Made by a program: the position numbers and the translations under genes. Positions 9,811 to 14,706 of a stretch of DNA of 14,706 nucleotides are shown here, in pieces; the first letter of the stretch is position 1, and the number at the start of each line of letters is the position of its first letter. This stretch comes from Fibrobacterota bacterium (GTDB taxonomy: Bacteria > Fibrobacterota > Fibrobacteria > UBA11236). The stretch is from contig JAYUVP010000242.1 of NCBI GenBank assembly GCA_043753995.1, positions 1-14,706 on the forward strand, written 5' to 3'. Below the pieces are notes generated by a model that was given only the letters and a program-made list of their open reading frames with translations, was not told where the DNA came from and searched no databases.

Positions 9811-10004
9811 TCTCGAGAATAGGCGGCGTGGTTTTTTTGAAAGGCGATCAAGATCGCCTCGGCCTTCTCGAATTCGCCTTCAGTATAAAGCGAATGAATG
9901 GCGACTTGATCCAGGTTTCCCGGACCCGGGGCCGCGAATACCGTAGGCACGGCGCCCAACCCCGATATCCCGAAGAAAATGCAGAAAAGCAAAATGTCAC
10001 GCAT
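9811..10004 (-). pseudogene. 5' fragment of a secreted helical (TPR-like) protein, truncated by oriIS copy 1
   Basis: RBS AGGTGG (10016-10011), ATG 10004 and signal peptide MRDILLFCIFFGISGLGAVPTVFA. Then LDQVAIHSLYTEGEFEKAEAILIAF...YSRE, after which the frame runs into the repeat (HRQIKTPFPSKTV). Confidence 0.65.
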
Positions 10005-10055
10005 ATTCACCCACCTAAGAATTCCGCCGCTTTCTCAATAGTAGGTAGAGCAATC

Positions 10056-10127
10056 GTCGATTTGGGTTCTGAAATGGCGAATTTCGACCGTGGGGGGTCA
10101 TCGAAGTTTTCGCCATTCCGATTCGAC
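10056..10127. other. Long imperfect inverted repeat (hairpin)
   Basis: AATGGCGAA (10073-10081) pairs with TTCGCCATT (10109-10117). Inner TTCGA/TCGAA or GACC/GGTC pairing, and outer GTCGA (10056-10060)/TCGAC (10123-10127). Confidence 0.6.
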
Positions 10128-10205
10128 TCATGCCATCCCGTTAGCGTAACCCGTTTTCACATCATTCGACTCGCCGTCCTTATTGAATTTTCCCGACCTG
10201 GTTTT

Positions 10206-11129
10206 TCACCAGATATAGCTGTCGGCCTTGAAAACCTTGGTGTTGATCACCTTGGTCACCGCGGTAGCCTTGAAGCGAACCCGGCACTGGACCCCGGTGA
10301 GCGCGGCGGAGGTATTGACCTTCAGGATGAAGTTCTGATACACGTTGTTGGCCGTGAAATGGCTGCGGCGCGCATCATACGAAGCGAGGACATAGGCCGG
10401 ATCCCCATTGTAATCGCCGGTCACGTCCAATTGGGCGATCACGTCATTGCTGCCCGAGATATTTTCGATGGCTACGCGGAACAGCACGAAATAGGTGCTC
10501 AGGCCATCCAGATTCCAATAGGGGCCATAGGTCATGAATCGGTCGATCCCATCCAATGCCGGATCGGCCGTCCAGGCGAAACCGGATGCCCGTCCCATTT
10601 CGTGATACTGTTGGGAGATGGCATTGATTTCATAAAACAGGTTTTCCGTTTCCGGGAGAATCTGGATCGAGTATTGGTCCAGCGTCCCGCCTCCCCAATA
10701 GCGCGTCCGGAGCTGGAAACTATGGCCGAACGGAACCTGGAAGACCCCGTAGGCGTCGAAGCAGCCCGGCGCATTGGCCGGGGTAAAGTCGTATTGCTTC
10801 TGGGTGATGACCGTGTTGCCTACGCCGTTGTAGGTCTGCCACTGGAATTTCATGGTCTGGCCGGGATTTACAGTGGGGCAGTATTTGGTGGTGGCGATGA
10901 TATCCCTTTGAGCGGGCAAATCCGTAAGCCCAGGACCGGAGGACGGGAAGAAGCCGTTGCATCCGTTGCATCGATTCCATACGGACCGCCACGTGCCTCC
11001 GACGGCGTATCCCGTAGGATACGTCGCCTTCTCATGCCACATCTGGGTGACGATGTTGTAGGTGCGTGCCGAGGCTAATCCAGTTGCCACGGACAATAAA
11101 AGCACGGCAAAACGCTGATAGGCTTGCAT
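10206..11129 (-). CDS. Secreted protein A (307 aa), two tandem beta-rich 'GPY' modules, putative carbohydrate-binding
   Basis: AGGAG RBS at 11140-11136 and ATG 11129. Signal peptide MQAYQRFAVLLLSVATGLASA. Shares collinear motifs with 11417-12331 (YNIVxQMxH, PGQT, RT...GGGxLxQ, YHxxG, TYGPY, IxNI, AxLD, NFxL, RV). Confidence 0.88.
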   Translation of the reverse strand: MQAYQRFAVLLLSVATGLASARTYNIVTQMWHEKATYPTGYAVGGTWRSVWNRCNGCNGFFPSSGPGLTDLPAQRDIIATTKYCPTVNPGQTMKFQWQTYNGVGNTVITQKQYDFTPANAPGCFDAYGVFQVPFGHSFQLRTRYWGGGTLDQYSIQILPETENLFYEINAISQQYHEMGRASGFAWTADPALDGIDRFMTYGPYWNLDGLSTYFVLFRVAIENISGSNDVIAQLDVTGDYNGDPAYVLASYDARRSHFTANNVYQNFILKVNTSAALTGVQCRVRFKATAVTKVINTKVFKADSYIW

Positions 11130-11318
11130 AAGAATCTCCTTCGATTTGTTTTCTGCGCGGAAGGCGGGCAGACGGCCCCGTCCTTTGGACCTAAGATAGA
11201 CCAAAATGAAAACCGTGGATCCGCCGCAGCCCATTTCATACCGTGATTACCATAACGAGTAGGCTACCCCCCTGTCGCGCTGGAAGGGGCGACTCGCGAA
11301 AGCGATAGGCAAATATGG

Positions 11319-11332
11319 GGATTCTAGAATCC
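11319..11332. promoter_or_regulatory. Perfect 14-bp palindrome GGATTCTAGAATCC in the divergent intergenic region (candidate operator)
   Basis: Exact self-reverse-complement lying between two divergent genes. Function is inferred only. Confidence 0.4.
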
Positions 11333-11416
11333 TCCGGGAGATTTAAACAAAGTTGAACAAACCGAATGTAGATTCGTCACGCGCTTAAACATCAGCTGGA
11401 AGAAAAAGGAGACGCT

Positions 11417-12331
11417 ATGCGATTTTCATTTCGTATGTCCATGATTTTGTGTGGAGTTGTGGCCCTAGGCAAACCGCAAGCCTATGTGTACAACATCGTG
11501 AACCAGATGTATCACCAGGGTGGAAGTGCTTCGGGTTCCAATTACTGGAGCATGACTTGGACGGCACCGGCACCCGGTGAGTACAAGAATATGACTTATG
11601 GACCTTATGTCAATTATATCCCCTCGGGAGAAGCCGTGGTCATGAGCAAGATACAGGCAACGCCCACGCCGGGTCAAACCCTGACCTACTCGCGCGATGT
11701 GCGCGACGCCAATTCCGGCTCAATTTATTCTTACAAAGAGTTCTCGACTTCGACGTTTAAGCTCTTTACCCATTGCGAAAGCGTGAACTTTCCTGGGGGT
11801 GGGGCAAACATCGAAATGCGCACGCAGCATCGAGGCGGCGGCAATTTGGTTCAGAGCGATGTTTATGTCCTGACTGAATCACAAAACAAGGATCTTGACT
11901 TTTGGCCAGGTCGTTATACCTATCACAATGTGGGTTATATCGTGCCGGGCACCGACATGTGGGAGGCCAAGGTCGGCGGCACGGGTTGCAATCCTTCTTG
12001 TGGCAGTCAATACCTCACCTATGGACCCTATACGAGCGTGTACCAAACCAATTACGTGGTGATTTACAGGCTCTCCATCGACAACATTCTACCCGCCACC
12101 GAGAAAGTGGCCACACTCGATATTCTCTACCGTAATGCCAGTGGTACTGTGGTCAATGTGACCGGGAGAGATCTCTATCGGGGGGATTTCTACGGGAATG
12201 GCAAGCTCACCAATTTCGCGTTGGAATTCACCAACCCTTCTTCGAATACCAACAATTGGGAATTCCGGGTGAAATGGCATGGCAAAGGCACGATACGCCA
12301 AAGCCGCACGACGATATATAAGGTCTTCTAG
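11417..12331 (+). CDS. Secreted protein B (304 aa), two tandem beta-rich 'YGPY' modules, paralog of protein A
   Basis: AGGAG RBS at 11407-11411. Signal peptide ending KPQA. MTYGPY (11591-11608) and LTYGPY (12014-12031). Module ends IEMRTQHRGGG and WEFRVKWHGKG. Confidence 0.9.
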   Translation: MRFSFRMSMILCGVVALGKPQAYVYNIVNQMYHQGGSASGSNYWSMTWTAPAPGEYKNMTYGPYVNYIPSGEAVVMSKIQATPTPGQTLTYSRDVRDANSGSIYSYKEFSTSTFKLFTHCESVNFPGGGANIEMRTQHRGGGNLVQSDVYVLTESQNKDLDFWPGRYTYHNVGYIVPGTDMWEAKVGGTGCNPSCGSQYLTYGPYTSVYQTNYVVIYRLSIDNILPATEKVATLDILYRNASGTVVNVTGRDLYRGDFYGNGKLTNFALEFTNPSSNTNNWEFRVKWHGKGTIRQSRTTIYKVF

Positions 12332-12368
12332 TCCTTTCGGTAGACGAATGCGAAGATTTTAGGCACTT

Positions 12369-12410
12369 GGTTGCCGCTTTGAAAATAAGCGGCAATCTTG
12401 TCTTGATTTT
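12369..12410 (+). terminator. Probable intrinsic terminator of gene B
   Basis: 9-bp stem TTGCCGCTT (12371-12379)/AAGCGGCAA (12387-12395) with a 7-nt loop, followed by T-rich TCTTGTCTTGATTTT. Begins about 40 bp after the stop. Confidence 0.65.
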
Positions 12411-12684
12411 CGGGGGTCTCAGACTCTCGTTCCGGGCCGTCCAAACGCCCCCCAGGCTTGGCCCGCCTTGCTCTGACCCTCTTGCCGGCCTCGCCTTCCC
12501 CCGAAGAAAAGCAAAGCTGGGCCAGCCCAGAATCGAAGGCTGCGGTATTTAATGAGAATTACGTTTGGATATGCCTTTGCGCGCCCTGCAGACGGAAAAC
12601 GGTACGACGAGAAGTGATTTAAAAACCAGGGCTTTCCCGGCCTGGGTGGGTTACCTTTTCCTGATCAGTTGCATAAATCACAAG

Positions 12685-13375
12685 GCCACGCTATCTGCTT
12701 GGTATAGCCGCCACCACCCCGGCAGCCAAACCGGTTCGGTCACTGTCATTCAACGCGCCTCCTCCGACTTGCGCCTCAACCCGCACTTTCACACTTTATT
12801 TCTGGATGGCGTGTACTTACCGCCGCAGCAACCCGAGGCAGCGGATGCCACAATGCCCACGCCCATCTTCCAAGTCGCGCCCAAACTGACCCAAGCCGAT
12901 ATCGACTTCGTCGTTGAGCGAACCCGTGAGCGCATCCTGAAGTACCTGCAAAAGCGTGGCGTCATCACCTTCGCCGCCGCTCCCGGCGATGATGAAGTGA
13001 GTGCAATCTTGGGCGAAGGCTTTGGCAAAACCGACCCGGCGCACTCGACCTTGCTCTCGGCTGCGACTTCGGGCTCGCCTCCCGCTGGTCCCGCGCACAA
13101 GCGCAAACCGGTGCTCATGCTGAGCGAGGCCGAGATGAGCCCGGAACACAAAGGTTACCTGTGCGCCCAGCTCGGTGCCTTCAATCTGCACGCGGCTAGG
13201 CGTGTCGCTGGGAACGACAAACAGGGAAAAGAAATGCTATGCCGCTACATCTTGCGGCCCCCCTTGGCGAATGAGCGGCTGCACTTGCTTGCCATGGTAA
13301 AGACAGAGGAAACGATACAGTCGATACTCTCGGCTATGCATTTACCGACGGGTCCTCCGAAGGTGGTACAGTCAG
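12685..13375 (+). pseudogene. Degenerate IS91/ISCR-family rolling-circle (HUH) transposase
   Basis: GSVTVIQRASSDLRLNPHFHTLFLDGVY (HUH at 12784-12792) and GAFNLHAA...EMLCRYILRPPLANERL (Tyr at 13246-13248, ISCR-like). C-terminal IQSILSAMHLPTGPP. No N-terminal Cys/zinc-binding region, no credible start/RBS, an apparent internal deletion near 13290, and no stop before the element end. Left boundary approximate. Confidence 0.88.
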
Positions 13376-13425
13376 TTCCGGTGAAAACCGTTTTTGATGG
13401 TAAAGGGGTTTTGATTTGCCTATGC
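13376..13425 (+). mobile_element. IS91/ISCR-type oriIS-like end, copy 2
   Basis: Lies immediately 3' of the transposase, where oriIS sits in this family. Repeated at 9761-9810. Truncates the adjacent ThuA-like fragment. Confidence 0.75.
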
Positions 13426-13628
13426 CCCAACCACCCACCTCCTTGATGCACGTACTCGACAATCGCAATACGTGCAGTCGCCAAGGGAACCGAAGCTTGA
13501 CCATTGGAATTGTTATTCCAAACTATGATCTGATATTGCTTCAAAAATTCAGGCGTGATAAGCGTATCTGAAGAGAGAGTATCCAGCAAGAAGCCCTAAG
13601 AATGGGCAAGTGCTGCCATGTATCGATC
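13426..13628 (-). pseudogene. Fragment of a ThuA-like (class I glutamine amidotransferase-like fold) domain gene
   Basis: DRYMAALAHS*GFLLDTLSSDTLITPEFLKQYQIIVWNNNSNG...IVEYVHQGGGWLG matches the ThuA pattern (GF.VD...L..Y..+VF.N...YV..GGG.+G.H). In-frame TAG at 13598-13596. Cut by oriIS copy 2. Confidence 0.6.
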
Positions 13629-13759
13629 GTCAGATCACTCGCTGAGGTTTAGTCGGCACACAGCAGAATACCTACGGCTAAACCAAAGTAAATTCGAATC
13701 ATATCATGTCCCTGGGTAAATCTGATGACGCAGTTGACTCACCTATGCTACCTCGCATT

Positions 13760-14706
13760 TCAATATCCCAGGTTGATTTCCCGTCGAATCCTACCTTGGG
13801 TCGCGTGGTTTGTGAGGGACGCGACGACGACTCCGGATTGCCTTCCAAGCGGAACCCATCGGCTCCCAACACCTGAAGTCCGACCGATCAGCCGACCTGA
13901 TCCCGTATGGATGGAAAGCGTCCACGGCGTTCCATTAGCCAAAGTGACTTGCCATCCTGTCGTACTCGAGGACAAGGTCGAGCTGACAGTGAATGGGTTC
14001 GCGTGACGAAACACCGCGGCCTTGCCAATGGTGTAGGAGAAGACTTCTAGCTCGTAGATAGAGAAGGCATAATTCGTTCCGCGCTGGGCGCAATGGACTC
14101 TTACATGGCGGGTCTCCATAGGCGCCAGGAAAATCTCATCCGCGCCACCGTTTCCGGAGGATGTTGTGTAAACCTTGGTCCACGTCGTGCCATCGTCCGA
14201 AACTTGAACGCTGTATTCCGAGGCGAAAGCCGCTTCCCAATGGATGACCACGCGATGGATCTTTGTCGTCGCGGCGAGATCGACGGCGAGCCATTGCGGC
14301 GGAGTAGCCGAGCTTTCCCACCGCGTCGTCTTAGTCCCATCGACGGCGTTGGCTCCGACATTGCCTTGCTGGGTCGAAGATGTCGTGGTCGACTTTCCCT
14401 GCGAGACGAGGACGGGTGTGACGTTGTCGGTGATTTGCAATGCCATGGAGAGGGTGGCTGTGTCATTGCCCGCGCTCACGGCGGTGACGACGACATTGCG
14501 CAGGCCACCGCCCATGCCCGCCGGAATGGTGTGCGTGAGGCTCCAGTGGTTGCCTGTGCCATGAACCAATGCGGCCTGTTGCGATCCTCCGCAGAGGCTC
14601 AAATCAGCAGTCACCTTAGAAATCGTCCCCTCGATGTCGAGGGAGATGACGACGTCGCGATGGACATCGGAAACCACAGACGCTGGGGTGATGGATTGAC
14701 CCGAAA
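13760..14706 (-). CDS. C-terminal part of a multidomain secreted protein: beta-rich domain + F5/8 type C (CBM32/discoidin) domain + putative C-terminal secretion domain
   Basis: The frame is open from the right edge (SGQSITPASVVSDVH...). F5/8 motifs at about 14415-14039: SQGKSTTTSS, NAVDGTKTTRWES, QWLAVDL, IHWEAAFASEYSVQVSDDG, RHVRV, SIYELEVF. Confidence 0.88.
   Translation of the reverse strand, partial: SGQSITPASVVSDVHRDVVISLDIEGTISKVTADLSLCGGSQQAALVHGTGNHWSLTHTIPAGMGGGLRNVVVTAVSAGNDTATLSMALQITDNVTPVLVSQGKSTTTSSTQQGNVGANAVDGTKTTRWESSATPPQWLAVDLAATTKIHRVVIHWEAAFASEYSVQVSDDGTTWTKVYTTSSGNGGADEIFLAPMETRHVRVHCAQRGTNYAFSIYELEVFSYTIGKAAVFRHANPFTVSSTLSSSTTGWQVTLANGTPWTLSIHTGSGRLIGRTSGVGSRWVPLGRQSGVVVASLTNHATQGRIRREINLGY

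Noticed and set aside
10056..10150. Hairpin as an integron attC site
   Set aside because: No properly placed RYYYAAC...GTTRRRY pair enclosing the stem, no repeated cassette structure and no integrase in the window.
9801..11078. 425-codon plus-strand ORF
   Set aside because: Antisense shadow of gene A and the truncated gene. It starts inside the oriIS-like repeat and has no recognisable motifs, whereas the minus-strand genes have RBSs, signal peptides and (for A) a paralog.
11130..11234. ORF-track N-terminal extension of gene A (start 11234)
   Set aside because: ATG 11129 has a well-spaced AGGAG and places the signal peptide at the N-terminus, matching the paralog's length.
12361..12375. AGGCAC-TTGG-TTGC as a sigma-54 promoter
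   Set aside because: GG-to-GC spacing is one base short of the strict -24/-12 requirement, and it overlaps the terminator stem.
9639..13589. Shared peptide HRQIKTP(F/L)PSKTV in ORFs 9639-10010 and 13245-13589 as a conserved protein motif
   Set aside because: It is the antisense translation of the repeated element end. Both truncated genes entering it in the same frame has a one-in-three chance.

Overview
A mosaic window in three parts. (1) Positions 1-3238: a type IC (EcoR124I-like) restriction-modification hsdM-hsdS pair on the minus strand. hsdS runs off the left edge and carries three exact 12-bp TAEL-type repeats. A lone PEP-CTERM surface-protein gene follows. (2) Positions 3275-9670: moaA, divergent from a tightly packed plus-strand cluster of a large TIGR03960-like radical SAM protein, a soluble GAF histidine kinase and a sigma-54 (NtrC-type) response regulator. 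(3) Positions 9671-14706: an accessory region rearranged by an IS91/ISCR-type rolling-circle element. Two directly repeated oriIS-like ends (ending at 9810 and 13425) each truncate a minus-strand gene. They bracket a 3.6-kb segment holding a decayed HUH transposase and a head-to-head pair of paralogous secreted proteins, each built from two copies of an uncharacterised 'H..G..W..YGPY..(E)FRV' beta-rich module. A CBM32/F5-8 domain protein runs off the right edge. The paralog pair inside the ori-bounded segment is the best candidate for an undescribed system. All family calls come from motif recognition by eye; no searches were run.
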